Numbered from the stretch's first letter, positions 42,547-54,748 are shown. The stretch: DNA of 64,000 nucleotides from Candidatus Eremiobacteria bacterium (GCA_963737065.1 CAVTRC010000001.1:1920001-1984000); one strand, 5' to 3'. The notes: a model not told the origin generated them from the letters alone. A program made the numbers and translations.

Positions 42547-43989
42547 ATGAACCGATTCGCTCGCGTTTCCTATACCGCGGCGTTTGCTGCGTCGATCGTT
42601 CTGTGTACCGCGGCTTTGACGCCGCAGCAATCGTCGAAGATCGATGAAGTCGGGCATCGTTCCGTGGCCGGCGCAGCCGCGCCGGGCGTAACGATTGCCG
42701 TTGCGCGAGGGACACAGATCGTCTACCTCAAGGGCTTCGGCAGGAGCAATGTCGAGGACAGTGTTCCGGCGACGGCGGAAACGCGGTATCCGATCGGTTC
42801 GAATACCAAGCAGTTCACCGCTGCCGCAATCCTGATGCTGCAAGATCGCGGCCTGCTGAACATCAACGATCCGCTCGCGAAGTATCTCCCCGAGATCCCG
42901 CATGCGCAGCAAGTGACGATTCGCGAGCTGCTCACGCATGCCGGCGGGTATGCGGAGTACACCGAACGTGAAGACTTCGATGAAGTCGGTAACCGGCCAG
43001 CGACGCTGGCGCAGATCGTCGGCACGGTCGATTCGCGGCCCCTTTCCTTCAAACCCGGGACGAAACGCGAGTATTCGAATACCGGCTATGCGCTCTTGAC
43101 GATGGTCGTCGAGCGGCTTTCGAAGATGACGTACGCGCAATTCATGCAGCGCAATATCTTCGCGCCGCTCGGGATGTCGTCGACATACGTCCGAACCTAT
43201 GCCGATACGTTCCCTAACGTTGCAACCGAGTACGACGCGTTTGCCTTCGGTCCATGGGAACACGCGCTCTCGCTCGACTACAGTTGGTTTGCCGGCGCGG
43301 GATCGATCATTAGCAATGCACGCGATCTCGTGAAGTGGAACGCCGGCTTGCCGCGGTTGCTCTCAAAGCGTTCCCTCGGCGAGATGCTTACGCCGATCAA
43401 CCTCGGAAACGCATATCCGGGGTACGCCTTCGGCATTACGGTGAACAAACTGCCGAACGGCCATCGAATCATCGACCACGGTGGAAATACAACGGGCGCC
43501 GCGACGCAAGACGCGCGGTTTCCCGACGACGATCTCTCGATCATCGTTTTGGCGAACAGCGGAACGTTTTCATACGATGCCGCCACGATGGCGATCTACG
43601 GCGTGCTCGTGCCGTCGATCGCAACGGCAAAAACGCCGCCGCATCGTTCGCCAAACCGCAAAGCCTCCGCTATAGGGAACACGCAACTGGTCATCGAGGG
43701 CGAGCACTGGCTCGACGCTGCTATTGCGGGTCACATGGATATGGGGCAACTGCGGCCGGACTTTCGGGCCAAAATGACGGCGCTGCATCGCAACGAGTTG
43801 ACGGCGCTCGCCGGGCTCGGTGCACGCCAGTACACGCCGATCATGATCGATCGCCGTCCGCCGACCGAATCCGTCGGCTACATGGTGAAGACGCCGAAAA
43901 AGTCGTTCGTGTACTACTTCGGCCGCGACGATAACGGAGAGGTATCGGGAGCAGCTGTCGTCGCTATCGTAGACTATTCGAAACTGTAA
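42547..43989 (+). CDS. Serine hydrolase (beta-lactamase/D-aminopeptidase family)
   Basis: IGSNTKQF, LLTHAGG, YSNTG, HGG. Confidence 0.9.
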   Translation: MNRFARVSYTAAFAASIVLCTAALTPQQSSKIDEVGHRSVAGAAAPGVTIAVARGTQIVYLKGFGRSNVEDSVPATAETRYPIGSNTKQFTAAAILMLQDRGLLNINDPLAKYLPEIPHAQQVTIRELLTHAGGYAEYTEREDFDEVGNRPATLAQIVGTVDSRPLSFKPGTKREYSNTGYALLTMVVERLSKMTYAQFMQRNIFAPLGMSSTYVRTYADTFPNVATEYDAFAFGPWEHALSLDYSWFAGAGSIISNARDLVKWNAGLPRLLSKRSLGEMLTPINLGNAYPGYAFGITVNKLPNGHRIIDHGGNTTGAATQDARFPDDDLSIIVLANSGTFSYDAATMAIYGVLVPSIATAKTPPHRSPNRKASAIGNTQLVIEGEHWLDAAIAGHMDMGQLRPDFRAKMTALHRNELTALAGLGARQYTPIMIDRRPPTESVGYMVKTPKKSFVYYFGRDDNGEVSGAAVVAIVDYSKL

Positions 43990-43997
43990 CGCCCGTG

Positions 43998-45512
43998 CTA
44001 GCGGTCGAACGTGAGCGTGATACGTGTGCGCTCGTGCGTTGAGCTAATTTCGAGACGCTTCGCGTACGAGCGCATGATCGGGATGCCGCGTCCGCGTTCG
44101 TCACGCGGCGTGAACATTCGCCAATGGCCGTAGCTGTCAATGTGCGCGACCAGTTCATCGGCGCGCGCTTCGAGATCGATGATGAACGTGTGCTGCGAAC
44201 CCTGCGTTCCATGTTCGATAGCATTTGCCACCGCTTCGCCGATCGCCATCAGCACGTCGTACTGATGTTCGCCGAAAATCCCGTTACGTTCGCAGAAGTG
44301 GCGCAGCGATTCGCGCGTAAGGCTCGCGCAAATCGGAATGCCGCTGAACTCCAAACGCTCGTGCGCGCCGTCGAGCGATTCCGAATGGTGAAGCGCGAGT
44401 GTCGCAGAGTCGTCGGTATTGACGATGTCGGAAAAAATTTCGGCATGCAGCGCGTCGGCGGTCGGCGTGCCGGCATTCGCGATGCGCTCGAGCGCCGCGA
44501 GTAACGCACGTTCGCCGGCGATAACGTCGCGACCGTATTCGAGCAGCCCGTCCGTATAAAAGAAGCAACTCGTACCCGGTGAAAGCGTGACCGTATAATC
44601 GTCCGATGCGGGGTTGCCGCCGAGCCCGAGCAGCAAACCACCCGCGGGCAGAAAGTGCGCGCGCTTACTCGCGCTCAGAAGCGCGGGCGGCGGATGGCCG
44701 GCCGATGCATAGCGAAGCACGTTGGTCGACACGTCGTAGATGCCGACGATCGCCGTTGCCATGCCGATGCCTTCGGCGCTCACGATGCCGTCGACGTAAT
44801 TCAGTAATGCTTTTGGCGAATCAGTCGTCGCGGCGGCCGCGCGCAACGCGCGGCGAATTTCGCTCATCGCGACCGCCGCCTCGAGTCCGTGTCCCGTAAC
44901 GTCGCCGACCGAGATGCCGATCGTTCCTTCACCAAGCTCGAAGGCGTCGTACCAATCGCCGCCAACATCGGCTTCGTCACTCGCGGGCCGGTACGCGGCG
45001 TCAAACGAGTGTCCCTCGGCCTGCACCAGGCGCGCGGGCAGCATTGCTTTCTGCAAGCGCTTCGAGACCGTGTAATGGTGTTCGAGCGCTTCGGCTTGAT
45101 CGATCGATGTTGCGAGGATCGTTGCAATGAGCGGAATCGCCGCACCGCCCACCTTCACGAGCGTCTCGGGAGGAGAGATACCGATCACGAGCATGCCGAT
45201 TTGCCGACCACCGACGATCAGCGGCTCTTCGATCAGCGTTCCGGTTCCGGCAACGCGGGCGCGCTGCACGACCAAATTGTCATATGACAGTAAAGAAAGG
45301 TCACCGAATTCGGCACGATCGCGGCAGGCAAATGCAGCTGCGACCGGACCTGCGCTCCGCAAATAAATCGCGCAGAAGTCTGCGAATGCGGCCACGCACA
45401 ACTCAGATGCCTGAGCTGCTGTACGCAGACCATGTCCCAGCCCAGTGGATATGGACTGGCCGCTAATCCTTGCGAGACCAGCGTACAACTGTTCCGATAG
45501 ATCCGTAATCAA
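43998..45512 (-). CDS. SpoIIE/PP2C phosphatase fused to a C-terminal RsbW-like HATPase domain
   Basis: LQKAMLP, VGGDWYD, GDVTGHG, YTDGL, DD; then GEAVANAIEHG, RGRGI. Confidence 0.9.
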   Translation of the reverse strand: MITDLSEQLYAGLARISGQSISTGLGHGLRTAAQASELCVAAFADFCAIYLRSAGPVAAAFACRDRAEFGDLSLLSYDNLVVQRARVAGTGTLIEEPLIVGGRQIGMLVIGISPPETLVKVGGAAIPLIATILATSIDQAEALEHHYTVSKRLQKAMLPARLVQAEGHSFDAAYRPASDEADVGGDWYDAFELGEGTIGISVGDVTGHGLEAAVAMSEIRRALRAAAATTDSPKALLNYVDGIVSAEGIGMATAIVGIYDVSTNVLRYASAGHPPPALLSASKRAHFLPAGGLLLGLGGNPASDDYTVTLSPGTSCFFYTDGLLEYGRDVIAGERALLAALERIANAGTPTADALHAEIFSDIVNTDDSATLALHHSESLDGAHERLEFSGIPICASLTRESLRHFCERNGIFGEHQYDVLMAIGEAVANAIEHGTQGSQHTFIIDLEARADELVAHIDSYGHWRMFTPRDERGRGIPIMRSYAKRLEISSTHERTRITLTFDR

Positions 45513-45591
45513 GCGATCCTCGTTCGGTTTCCCGGTCGATTTATGCCCGCTTGCCGGCTGTAATCAAACCGAAGCTTTTTCTCCCTCGCTT

Positions 45592-45615
45592 GTTTGGCCG
45601 GAATCGATCGGGTAA
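45592..45615 (+). promoter_or_regulatory. Putative SigB-type promoter GTTTGG-N12-GGGTAA
   Basis: Matches the general-stress sigma consensus, upstream of the poly-HAMP kinase. Confidence 0.5.
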
Positions 45616-45708
45616 AGTTGAGATACCGGCACTCGGACGCGATTTGTCGCGCCCTCGACACGTTATCTCACAAAATCGACGACGCCTTAAGGAGGCACCG
45701 TCTGAACG

Positions 45709-48700
45709 ATGTCATCGACCGTACCAGTTCCAACTTCAAATAGCAACAACGCACAAGACGGTGAGCCGGGGCGATTACAACAAACAGCCCTCTTGGCCGC
45801 GCTCCGGGCCTTTCGAGACGGACGGTTCGATACGCGCCTTCCCGACACGTTCACGGGCATCGACGCCGACATCGCGCAGGCGTTCAACGACTGCATCGAA
45901 CGCAACGTGCGCATGAACGCCGAACTCGAGCGCATCAGTAAGGTGGTCGGACGCGAAGGATCGATCAATAAGCGCGCGACGTACGAGGACACGAAGGGTG
46001 CATGGCGCAGCGGCATCGATTCGGTCAATCAACTGATCGACGATCTCGTGTTCCCGATGTCCGAAGCGGGACGCGTACTCGGTGCGGTCGCGAACGGCGA
46101 CTTGTCGCAGCGGATGCCGCTCGAGACGGAAAACCATCCGCTAAAGGGTGAGTTCTTGCGCTCTAGCCGCACGATCAATACGATGGTCGACCGGCTCAAC
46201 GCGTTCGCGTCGGAGGTGACGCGCGTCGCGCGCGAAGTCGGATCGGAAGGGAAACTCGGCGGTCAAGCGCTCGTGAAGGGCGTGGCCGGCACATGGAAAG
46301 ATCTGACCGACTCGGTGAACACGATGGCGGGTAACCTCACGGCGCAGGTTCGTAACATCGCCGAAGTCACCACCGCCGTTGCAAACGGCGACCTCTCAAA
46401 GAAGATTACCGTCGAAGCGCGCGGCGAGATTCTCGAACTGAAGAACACGATCAATACGATGGTCGATCAGCTCAACGCGTTCGCGTCCGAAGTGACCCGC
46501 GTTGCGCGCGAAGTCGGCTCGGAAGGCAAGCTCGGCGGCCAGGCCGACGTCAAAGGCGTTTCGGGTACGTGGAAGGACCTCACCGACTCGGTGAACTTCA
46601 TGGCGTCCAACCTCACGTCGCAGGTGCGGAACATCGCGGAAGTCACGACCGCGGTCGCGCGCGGCGACCTTTCGAAGAAGATCACCGTCGACGTTCGCGG
46701 CGAAATCGCGGAGCTCAAAGACACGATCAACACGATGGTCGATCAGCTAAACGCGTTTGCGTCGGAAGTTACGCGTGTTGCTCGCGAAGTCGGTTCCGAA
46801 GGCAAGCTCGGCGGACAAGCCGAGGTCAAAGGCGTGGCCGGTACGTGGAAAGACCTCACCGACTCGGTGAACACGATGGCCGGCAACCTGACGTCGCAGG
46901 TGCGGAACATCGCCGAAGTCACGACGGCCGTCGCGCGCGGCGACCTTTCGAAGAAAATCACCGTCGACGTCCGCGGAGAAATTCTCGAACTGAAGGTCAC
47001 CGTCAATACGATGGTCGACCAGTTGAACGCATTCGCATCCGAAGTTACCCGTGTTGCTCGCGAAGTGGGCTCCGAAGGAAAGCTTGGCGGACAAGCCGCG
47101 GTCTCCGGCGTTGCGGGCACGTGGAAAGATCTCACCGACTCGGTCAACACGATGGCGTCGAACCTCACGGCGCAAGTTCGTAACATCGCCGACGTCACGA
47201 CGGCGGTCGCGAACGGCGATCTTTCGCGCAAGATCACGGTCGACGTCAAAGGCGAAATTCTCGACCTCAAACGTACGATCAACACGATGGTCGATCAACT
47301 CAACGCCTTCGCGTCGGAGGTGACGCGTGTTGCACGCGAAGTCGGATCCGAAGGCATGCTGGGCGGCCAGGCCGACGTTCGCGGCGTCTCCGGTACGTGG
47401 AAAGATTTGACGGACTCCGTCAACGTCATGGCTTCGAACCTCACGTCGCAGGTCCGGAACATCGCAGAAGTCACCACCGCCGTTGCTAACGGCGACCTCT
47501 CCAAAAAGATTACCGTCGATGTCCGCGGCGAGATTCTCGAGCTGAAGAACACGATCAACACGATGGTCGACCAGCTCAACGGTTTCGCGTCCGAAGTCAC
47601 GCGTGTCGCGCGTGAAGTCGGTTCGGAAGGTATTCTCGGCGGTCAAGCGCAGGTGGCCGGCGTTTCCGGTACGTGGAAAGACTTGACCGACTCGGTGAAT
47701 TTCATGGCGTCGAACCTGACGTCGCAAGTCCGCAATATCGCCGAAGTGACGACGGCCGTTGCAAACGGCGACCTCTCGAAGAAGATCACGGTTCCGGTTC
47801 GCGGCGAGATCCTCGAACTGAAGAACACGATCAACACGATGGTCGACCAGCTCAACGCGTTCGCGTCGGAAGTCACGCGTGTCGCGCGCGAAGTCGGTTC
47901 CGAAGGCAAGCTCGGCGGTCAGGCGGACGTCAAAGGCGTTTCCGGTACGTGGAAAGATCTCACCGATTCGGTCAACTTCATGGCGTCGAATCTCACGTCG
48001 CAGGTGCGCAACATCGCCGACGTCACGACCGCCGTCGCAAACGGTGATCTCTCGAAGAAGATTACGGTCGACGTTCGCGGCGAGATTCTCGAACTCAAGA
48101 ACACGATCAACACGATGGTCGACCAGCTCAACGCGTTCGCGTCGGAAGTCACGCGTGTCGCGCGTGAAGTCGGTTCCGAAGGCAAGCTCGGCGGTCAAGC
48201 CGAGGTCAAAGGCGTTTCGGGTACGTGGAAAGACCTCACCGACTCCGTGAACGTGATGGCGTCGAACCTGACGTCGCAGGTTCGTAACATCGCCGACGTT
48301 ACGACCGCCGTTGCGAACGGCGATCTCTCGAAGAAGATCACCGTCGACGTTCGCGGCGAGATCGCCGAACTGAAGAACACGATCAACACGATGGTCGATC
48401 AGCTGAACGCCTTCGCGTCGGAAGTGACGCGCGTTGCGCGCGAAGTCGGTTCAGAAGGCATTCTCGGTGGTCAAGCACAGGTTGCCGGCGTCTCCGGTAC
48501 GTGGAAAGACTTGACCGACTCCGTGAACTTCATGGCCTCGAACCTCACGTCGCAGGTGCGTAACATCGCGAAGGTCACGACGGCGGTCGCGAACGGCGAT
48601 CTTTCGAAGAAGATCACCGTGAACGTGCGCGGCGAAATCGCCGAGCTCAAAGATACGATCAACGTCATGGTCGATCAGCTGAACGCATTCGCGTCCGAGG

Positions 48701-51700
48701 TTACGCGTGTCGCGCGTGAAGTCGGCTCCGACGGCGTTCTCGGCGGTCAGGCGCACGTGCAAGGCGTCAGCGGCGTGTGGAAAGACTTGACCGACAACGT
48801 GAACTCGATGGCGGCGAACCTGACGAATCAGGTGCGCGGTATCGCGGAAGTCGTCACCGGCGTCGCAAACGGGGATCTCAAACGTAAGCTCACGCTGCAA
48901 GCTCGCGGCGAAATCGCGCAACTCGCCGAGACGATCAACGGGATGATCGATACGCTCGCAATCTTCGCCGACCAAGTCACGACGGTTGCGCGCGAAGTCG
49001 GTTTCGAAGGGAAGCTCGGCGGTCAGGCGGCGGTCCCCGGTGCGGCCGGTCTCTGGCGCGACTTAACGGACAACGTCAACCAGCTCGCCGCTCAGCTCAC
49101 AAACCAGATTCGCGCGATCTCGGAAGTTGCGACCGCGGTTACGAAGGGCGATCTGTCGCGTACGATTGAAATTGAAGCACGCGGCGAGGTCGGCGAACTT
49201 ACACGCAACGTCAACGAGATGATTCAAAATCTCCGCGACACGACGAATAAGAACACCGAACAAGACTGGTTCAAGACGAACCTTGCGCGATTCACGTCGA
49301 TGCTGCAAGGCCAGCGCGATATCACCGCGGTCACGCAGTTGATCATGTCCGAGCTCGCACCGCTCGTAAACGCGCAAGCCGGCGGATTCTACATGGCCGA
49401 CGCTACGGAAGGCGATGCGGTTCTGCGTCTGATCGCAAGCTACGCACTTCCCCGGCATCGCCGTCAAATGAAGGCCATTCCGTTCGGCGAGGGGCTCGTC
49501 GGACAAGTCGCGATCGAGAAACAGCGCGTGTTGCTCACGGAAGTGCCCGTCGACTATCTGCGGATCGGTTCGGGAATCGGCGCGGTCGACTCGGTGAGCC
49601 TTGTCGTGTTGCCGGTCACGTTCGAAGGTGAAATCAAGGCCGTCATCGAGCTTGGATCGCTCGACTGCTTCAGTGAAATCCATTTGCTCTTCCTCGATCA
49701 GCTGATGCAGTCGATCGGCGTCATGTTGAACACGATCACCGCGTCGATGCGGACGGAAGAACTGCTCAAGCAGTCGCAATCGCTGACCGCGGAACTGCAA
49801 AGCCAGCAGCTCGAACTCAAACAGACCAACGACGAACTCGAGGAAAAGGCGCGTCTGTTGCAAGAGCGTAACGCCGAAGTGGAACGCCGCACGCGTGAAA
49901 TCGAAGAAGCGCGCACGGAACTCGAGAAGAAGGCCGAGCAGCTCTCGCTTACGTCGAAGTACAAGTCGCAGTTCCTTGCGAACATGTCGCACGAGTTGCG
50001 CACGCCGCTGAACTCGCTGCTAATCCTTTCGAAACAGCTTTCCGAGAATCCGGAAGGCAATATGACGCCGAAGCAGATCGAGTTCGCGCAGACGATTCGC
50101 GCTGCCGGTACGGACTTGCTGACGCTCATCAACGACATCCTCGATCTTTCGAAGATCGAATCGGGAACGACGGCGATCGACCTTCAGGAAGTATCGGTGG
50201 ACTCGATCGAAGGCGAAGTCAAACGCACGTTCAGTCAAATCGCCGCCGACAAGAACCTGCGCTTCATCGTGGCGCGTGACGATGACGTGCCGAAGTCGAT
50301 CGTTACCGACCCGACGCGTTTGCAGCAAGTTCTGAAAAACTTGCTTTCGAACGCGTTCAAGTTTACGAGCGAAGGCGCCGTGACGCTGCACCTCAGCATG
50401 GTTCACGATCGCCGTTTACCGGTTCCCGGGCCGGCGGTGGCGTTCGCCGTCACGGATACCGGCATCGGCATCCCGCAAGATAAGTTCAACGTGATCTTCG
50501 AAGCGTTCCAGCAAGCCGACATGGGAACGTCGCGGAAATTCGGCGGTACCGGGCTCGGTCTTGCGATCAGCCGCGAGATTGCCGGATTGCTCGGCGGCGA
50601 AATCGGTGTGGAAAGCGCGGTCGGCGTAGGCAGTACGTTCACGCTCTTCCATCCGGCGCAGCGCGCGGCTACGCAACGCACCGAGGCGACGACGATTCAC
50701 ACCACGCGATTCGAATCCGGAACACATCTACACGAATCAGCAGAGCAACTTCAGCGCCGTATCGCTTCCGCGAAGCCTGCTGCGATCGCCGACGATCGCG
50801 ATGCGATCACCGCCGACGATCGAACGCTCCTCGTTATCGAGGACGATCCCACGTTCGCGAAGCTGCTATCCGCATTCGCTCACGAACGCGGATTCAAGAC
50901 GATCGCCGCGCATAGCGGACGCGAAGCCCTCGAACTCGCGAACCGTTACGTTCCCGACGCGATCACGCTCGATGTCGGCTTACCGGACATGGATGGCTGG
51001 CAGGTGCTCGATACGATCAAACGCGGCAACGCGACATCGCACATTCCCGTTCACGTCATCTCCGGCGACGAACATCAGCAGCGCGCGCTGCAGGCGGGTG
51101 CGGTCGCGCACCTGCAAAAACCGGTGTCGGAAGAAGCCCTGATGGAAACCTTCGACCGGCTTCTCGGCTTTGCGGAGAATCGCGGGAAGAACGTGCTCGT
51201 CGTCGAGGACGACATCACGCAGCTCAATGCGATGGTCGGCCTCATCGGTACGGGCGAAATGCAAGTGACGGCGGTGTCTTCGGGCGATGCGGCGCTCGGG
51301 GCGGTCACGCACGAGAAATTCGACTGTATCGTCATCGATCTCGGCTTGCCCGATATGGACGGTGACCGCCTGATCGAACAGTTGCGCGCGCGTCCCGGCA
51401 GCGACACGACGCCGATCATCGTCTACACCGGACGCGAACTCTCGCGTGACGATGAAGCGCGTCTACGCCGGCTCTCCTCGACGATCATCGTCAAGGACGG
51501 TCATGCGCCGGAACGTTTGCTCGACGAGCTCAATTTCTTCTTGCATCGCGTCGAAGCCGATCTCGGGCCCGCGAAGAAACCGATCGGCGGAGATCTGAAC
51601 GGAACTTCGCTTCTTGGCAAACGGGTGCTCGTGGTCGACGACGACGCGCGCAATATCTTTGCGCTCGAAGCGGCACTTCGCTCGTACGGCATGGAAGTGC

Positions 51701-51984
51701 TGAGCGCCGAGAGCGGCATGCAGGGCATCGAGATGTTGCGTTCACGTAACAACATCGACATCGTGTTGATGGACATTATGATGCCGGAGATGGACGGCTA
51801 TGAAACGATTCGCCGAATCCGTGCGGAGAACCGCATCGCGGACGTCCCGATCATCGCGCTCACGGCAAAAGCGATGAAGGGCGACCGGGACGCATGCATC
51901 GCTGCAGGCGCCTCGGAGTACGTGAGTAAACCCGTCGATATCGACCAACTCACGTCGTTGCTCAAAATATGGTTGAACAAGTAG
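45709..51984 (+). CDS. Cytoplasmic poly-HAMP hybrid histidine kinase (HAMP array-GAF-HisKA-HATPase-3 REC)
   Basis: 92-aa repeats, [33 protein letters not shown], three receiver domains; no TM helix. Confidence 0.95.
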   Translation: MSSTVPVPTSNSNNAQDGEPGRLQQTALLAALRAFRDGRFDTRLPDTFTGIDADIAQAFNDCIERNVRMNAELERISKVVGREGSINKRATYEDTKGAWRSGIDSVNQLIDDLVFPMSEAGRVLGAVANGDLSQRMPLETENHPLKGEFLRSSRTINTMVDRLNAFASEVTRVAREVGSEGKLGGQALVKGVAGTWKDLTDSVNTMAGNLTAQVRNIAEVTTAVANGDLSKKITVEARGEILELKNTINTMVDQLNAFASEVTRVAREVGSEGKLGGQADVKGVSGTWKDLTDSVNFMASNLTSQVRNIAEVTTAVARGDLSKKITVDVRGEIAELKDTINTMVDQLNAFASEVTRVAREVGSEGKLGGQAEVKGVAGTWKDLTDSVNTMAGNLTSQVRNIAEVTTAVARGDLSKKITVDVRGEILELKVTVNTMVDQLNAFASEVTRVAREVGSEGKLGGQAAVSGVAGTWKDLTDSVNTMASNLTAQVRNIADVTTAVANGDLSRKITVDVKGEILDLKRTINTMVDQLNAFASEVTRVAREVGSEGMLGGQADVRGVSGTWKDLTDSVNVMASNLTSQVRNIAEVTTAVANGDLSKKITVDVRGEILELKNTINTMVDQLNGFASEVTRVAREVGSEGILGGQAQVAGVSGTWKDLTDSVNFMASNLTSQVRNIAEVTTAVANGDLSKKITVPVRGEILELKNTINTMVDQLNAFASEVTRVAREVGSEGKLGGQADVKGVSGTWKDLTDSVNFMASNLTSQVRNIADVTTAVANGDLSKKITVDVRGEILELKNTINTMVDQLNAFASEVTRVAREVGSEGKLGGQAEVKGVSGTWKDLTDSVNVMASNLTSQVRNIADVTTAVANGDLSKKITVDVRGEIAELKNTINTMVDQLNAFASEVTRVAREVGSEGILGGQAQVAGVSGTWKDLTDSVNFMASNLTSQVRNIAKVTTAVANGDLSKKITVNVRGEIAELKDTINVMVDQLNAFASEVTRVAREVGSDGVLGGQAHVQGVSGVWKDLTDNVNSMAANLTNQVRGIAEVVTGVANGDLKRKLTLQARGEIAQLAETINGMIDTLAIFADQVTTVAREVGFEGKLGGQAAVPGAAGLWRDLTDNVNQLAAQLTNQIRAISEVATAVTKGDLSRTIEIEARGEVGELTRNVNEMIQNLRDTTNKNTEQDWFKTNLARFTSMLQGQRDITAVTQLIMSELAPLVNAQAGGFYMADATEGDAVLRLIASYALPRHRRQMKAIPFGEGLVGQVAIEKQRVLLTEVPVDYLRIGSGIGAVDSVSLVVLPVTFEGEIKAVIELGSLDCFSEIHLLFLDQLMQSIGVMLNTITASMRTEELLKQSQSLTAELQSQQLELKQTNDELEEKARLLQERNAEVERRTREIEEARTELEKKAEQLSLTSKYKSQFLANMSHELRTPLNSLLILSKQLSENPEGNMTPKQIEFAQTIRAAGTDLLTLINDILDLSKIESGTTAIDLQEVSVDSIEGEVKRTFSQIAADKNLRFIVARDDDVPKSIVTDPTRLQQVLKNLLSNAFKFTSEGAVTLHLSMVHDRRLPVPGPAVAFAVTDTGIGIPQDKFNVIFEAFQQADMGTSRKFGGTGLGLAISREIAGLLGGEIGVESAVGVGSTFTLFHPAQRAATQRTEATTIHTTRFESGTHLHESAEQLQRRIASAKPAAIADDRDAITADDRTLLVIEDDPTFAKLLSAFAHERGFKTIAAHSGREALELANRYVPDAITLDVGLPDMDGWQVLDTIKRGNATSHIPVHVISGDEHQQRALQAGAVAHLQKPVSEEALMETFDRLLGFAENRGKNVLVVEDDITQLNAMVGLIGTGEMQVTAVSSGDAALGAVTHEKFDCIVIDLGLPDMDGDRLIEQLRARPGSDTTPIIVYTGRELSRDDEARLRRLSSTIIVKDGHAPERLLDELNFFLHRVEADLGPAKKPIGGDLNGTSLLGKRVLVVDDDARNIFALEAALRSYGMEVLSAESGMQGIEMLRSRNNIDIVLMDIMMPEMDGYETIRRIRAENRIADVPIIALTAKAMKGDRDACIAAGASEYVSKPVDIDQLTSLLKIWLNK
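46180..49230 (+). repeat. 276-bp coding tandem repeat (HAMP units)
   Basis: W(K/R)DLTD Trp codons at 46294, 46570 ... 49054: 11 copies at exact 276-nt period, synonymous sites diverged; outer bounds approximate. Confidence 0.95.
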
Positions 51985-52841
51985 AAGCGATCGACGCCGC
52001 GGTACCGGCGTTGAATCTACGCCGGGAAGAGCTTGCAGATATCGAACTGCAGCTCTTCTTGGACGCGCTTCTGCGCTATGGCGGCTACGACTTTCGCAAC
52101 TACAACCAGTCCGCGCTTCGCCGCCGCATTGCCGATGCTATGCGTTCGGAGAACATTGCGACGATTTCCGGACTGCAAGACCGCCTGTTGCACGATGAGC
52201 GCGCGCTCGCTACGTTTCTCGTCTCGATGAGCGGGGGCACGTCGCAGCTCTTTCACGATCCATTGTTCCTGCAAAGCTTTGCGACCAATGTCGCGCCGCT
52301 GCTGCAAACGTACTCGTTCATCCGCATCTGGGTGCCGGGCAGTGGAACCGGCGGTGACGCCTACAGTCTCGCCGCACTTTTGAAAGAAAACGGGCTGCTT
52401 GAGAAGACGATCGTCTACGCGACGTGCGTCAACGACGTGACGACCGCCGTCGCAAAGGCCGGGTTCTACGAGCACCGTTCGGAGGCCGACTTCATTGCGC
52501 TCGCACGGCGCGCGGGAATCGTTGGGCCGCTTTCGCGCTATTTCGAAGTACATGAAACGTACGCGACGCCCCTTGAAGAGTTGCGCGCGAGCGTCATGTT
52601 TGCGCGCCACAACCCGGTCGAAGACGGCTCGATCAACGAATTCCACGCGATCATCGCTCGCGGAGTATTTCCGCTCTTCAACGGTGCGGTGCAGTATCGT
52701 CTGCACAAGTTGTTCTTCGATAGCCTCATGCACCTCGGGTTCCTGGGCCTCGGCCAACATGAGTCGCTTTCGAATACGGTGCACGAACGGGCGTTCCGGC
52801 AAGTCGTGACCGATCAGCCGATTTTCCGGCGCATGCGCTAG
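51969..52841 (+). CDS. cheR: CheR-like methyltransferase (divergent)
   Basis: [48 protein letters not shown]. Confidence 0.8.
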   Translation: MVEQVEAIDAAVPALNLRREELADIELQLFLDALLRYGGYDFRNYNQSALRRRIADAMRSENIATISGLQDRLLHDERALATFLVSMSGGTSQLFHDPLFLQSFATNVAPLLQTYSFIRIWVPGSGTGGDAYSLAALLKENGLLEKTIVYATCVNDVTTAVAKAGFYEHRSEADFIALARRAGIVGPLSRYFEVHETYATPLEELRASVMFARHNPVEDGSINEFHAIIARGVFPLFNGAVQYRLHKLFFDSLMHLGFLGLGQHESLSNTVHERAFRQVVTDQPIFRRMR

Positions 52842-52909
52842 CGTTCTCGAACATACACGCGCAATTCGTTTGCAATACCGCGGTCATACGGCGAGCGCAG
52901 CATCGCGCC

Positions 52910-53512
52910 ATGGATGGAATCGATTGGGCGGGCAGCGCGATGATTGCGGCGCGCGCGCGCCTCGATATTGCGACCGCAAATCTCGCGAACGTCTCGACCA
53001 ACGGCTTCGAGAAGGTCGTTGCGCACGGCGTGCTGAGCACGAGCGGAGTTCGGATCGAGCGCGAAACGCCGGTGGAACACGGCATGCTCCGTCGCACGGG
53101 ACGGGCCTTCGATCTTGCGATCGTCGGCGGAGGGATGTTCCGGGTACGCGATGACCGCGGACATATCATCGGAACACGAAACGGTGCGTTTGTGCGCGAC
53201 CGCGACGGAACCGTACGCGACGACTCGGGACGGGCGCTCCTCGGCCTGCGTGGCGCGCTTCGCGTCCCCGAGGCCGCCACGATCGACGACCGCGGGCGCG
53301 TGATGCTTGCGGGACGCGAGGTCGATCGCATCCCAGTGGGTCCCGGTGCGTCGATTCGCAGCGGGTATCTCGAAATAGCGAACGTCGATGCGATCGGCGA
53401 AATGGTCGACATTCTCACCGCGCAACGATCGTTCGAGAGCGCCGAAAAAGTCGTCGCAGCAATTGATGCGACGCGTCAAAAGGCGAGTAACGACGTCGCC
53501 CGGCTCAAGTAA
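52910..53512 (+). CDS. Short flagellar basal-body rod/hook family protein (FlgF/FlgG-like)
   Basis: ANLANVSTNGF, TGRAFDLAI, TRNGAF, GYLEIANVD..EMV. Confidence 0.85.
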   Translation: MDGIDWAGSAMIAARARLDIATANLANVSTNGFEKVVAHGVLSTSGVRIERETPVEHGMLRRTGRAFDLAIVGGGMFRVRDDRGHIIGTRNGAFVRDRDGTVRDDSGRALLGLRGALRVPEAATIDDRGRVMLAGREVDRIPVGPGASIRSGYLEIANVDAIGEMVDILTAQRSFESAEKVVAAIDATRQKASNDVARLK

Positions 53513-53515
53513 TCG

Positions 53516-53869
53516 CTACGCGCGCACGGTCCCTTTCCACGAAACCTCGCCGCGAAAGTCGATAATCCTTACGGTAAGCGTCGAGTTCTCTCCCGGGTGC
53601 GTACGGAGCCACGCGGTACGCCAACGCCGTAGCGCTTCCGCTTTGAGCGCTTCATCTTTGTCGTCGTCGAGATCGATCTCTTTATTCAAGTCGACGGAAA
53701 CGTCGACCGTGTTGCCGTGGAAATCGAACCCCATCACAACGTCGGGATAGTGCTCTTTCAGCGGCGCCATCGCCGAACGTTCCGTCGTATCCCGTTGTTC
53801 GTCCGGTGACGGCTGCGCATTGCAGGCGATGAGCGTCAGGAGCAATAGGGCAGCCGGAATGGAACGCAT
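53516..53869 (-). CDS. Hypothetical lipoprotein
   Basis: GGAGAGG RBS, lipobox LIAC. Confidence 0.7.
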   Translation of the reverse strand: MRSIPAALLLLTLIACNAQPSPDEQRDTTERSAMAPLKEHYPDVVMGFDFHGNTVDVSVDLNKEIDLDDDKDEALKAEALRRWRTAWLRTHPGENSTLTVRIIDFRGEVSWKGTVRA

Positions 53870-53925
53870 AAACCTCTCCATACGACGGACACAGCGCGTT
53901 CACTTTCGGCTGCTAGAATCGCACC

Positions 53926-54654
53926 ATGGATCGTGCACTTTTCGCTGCGGCGAGCGGAATGGCCGCGCAGCAACGCAATCTCGATACGATTTCGGACAAT
54001 CTCGCCAACTCCGAAGTCGCGGGCTTTAAAGGATCGGCGGACGAGTTCGCCGCGCTCGCAGCGCCCGGCGAACGCTCCATGGGGACGATCGCGCTCGGCC
54101 AACATGTCGTTTTCACGCAGGGCAAACTCGAACGCAGCAACGGGCCATGCGATCTCGCGATCGACGGCAACGGGTTCTTCATCGTACGCGACCGAAAGCG
54201 CGTCGCCTACACGCGCGACGGGCAGTTTTCGCGCGCTGCGGACGGCACGCTGCGTAACGCTGCGGGCTGGCGCCTGGATGGCGTTCGTATTCCGGCCGAT
54301 GCGGTATCGATCAAGGTCGGCGAGGACGGTGCGGTGACCGCGACAATGTCCGGCGGCGCAACGAAACGCGTCGCGACGATTCCACTCGCATCGTTTGCGG
54401 CGCCGGAACGTCTCGAGAGCATCGGCGGGATGCTTTTCATCGCGAACCCGAATTCGGGCTCCCCGCGTCTCTTCCGCCCGAGTGCAGCCGGCGCTTCGCA
54501 GATTCGTTTCGGCATGCTCGAGCAGTCGAACGTATCGATCGTCGAATCGATGATGCAAATTCTCGCGGCGCAACGCGCGTACGAAGCGAATGCTAAAGGC
54601 GTCCAAGCCGCAGACGAAATGCTGCGCATCGCGAACAACTTGCAGAGAACGTAA
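53926..54654 (+). CDS. flgG: Flagellar basal-body rod protein FlgG-like
   Basis: AASGMAAQQ..D.ISDNLAN, DLAIDGNGFF, YTRDG, LEQSNV, AQRAYEAN. Confidence 0.88.
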   Translation: MDRALFAAASGMAAQQRNLDTISDNLANSEVAGFKGSADEFAALAAPGERSMGTIALGQHVVFTQGKLERSNGPCDLAIDGNGFFIVRDRKRVAYTRDGQFSRAADGTLRNAAGWRLDGVRIPADAVSIKVGEDGAVTATMSGGATKRVATIPLASFAAPERLESIGGMLFIANPNSGSPRLFRPSAAGASQIRFGMLEQSNVSIVESMMQILAAQRAYEANAKGVQAADEMLRIANNLQRT

Positions 54655-54748
54655 CGCGCCCTACCATACTTGCGCAGCGAGCGGCGCAAATGTGTGCACG
54701 TCCGGACGCGGGTCACGTCATTGAGACATTAGCGAATGCCCAGGACTA

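Noticed and set aside
46180..49230. Tandem repeats as a CRISPR array or assembly artefact
   Set aside because: 276-nt in-frame coding units with diverged synonymous positions and no spacers; a genuine HAMP array
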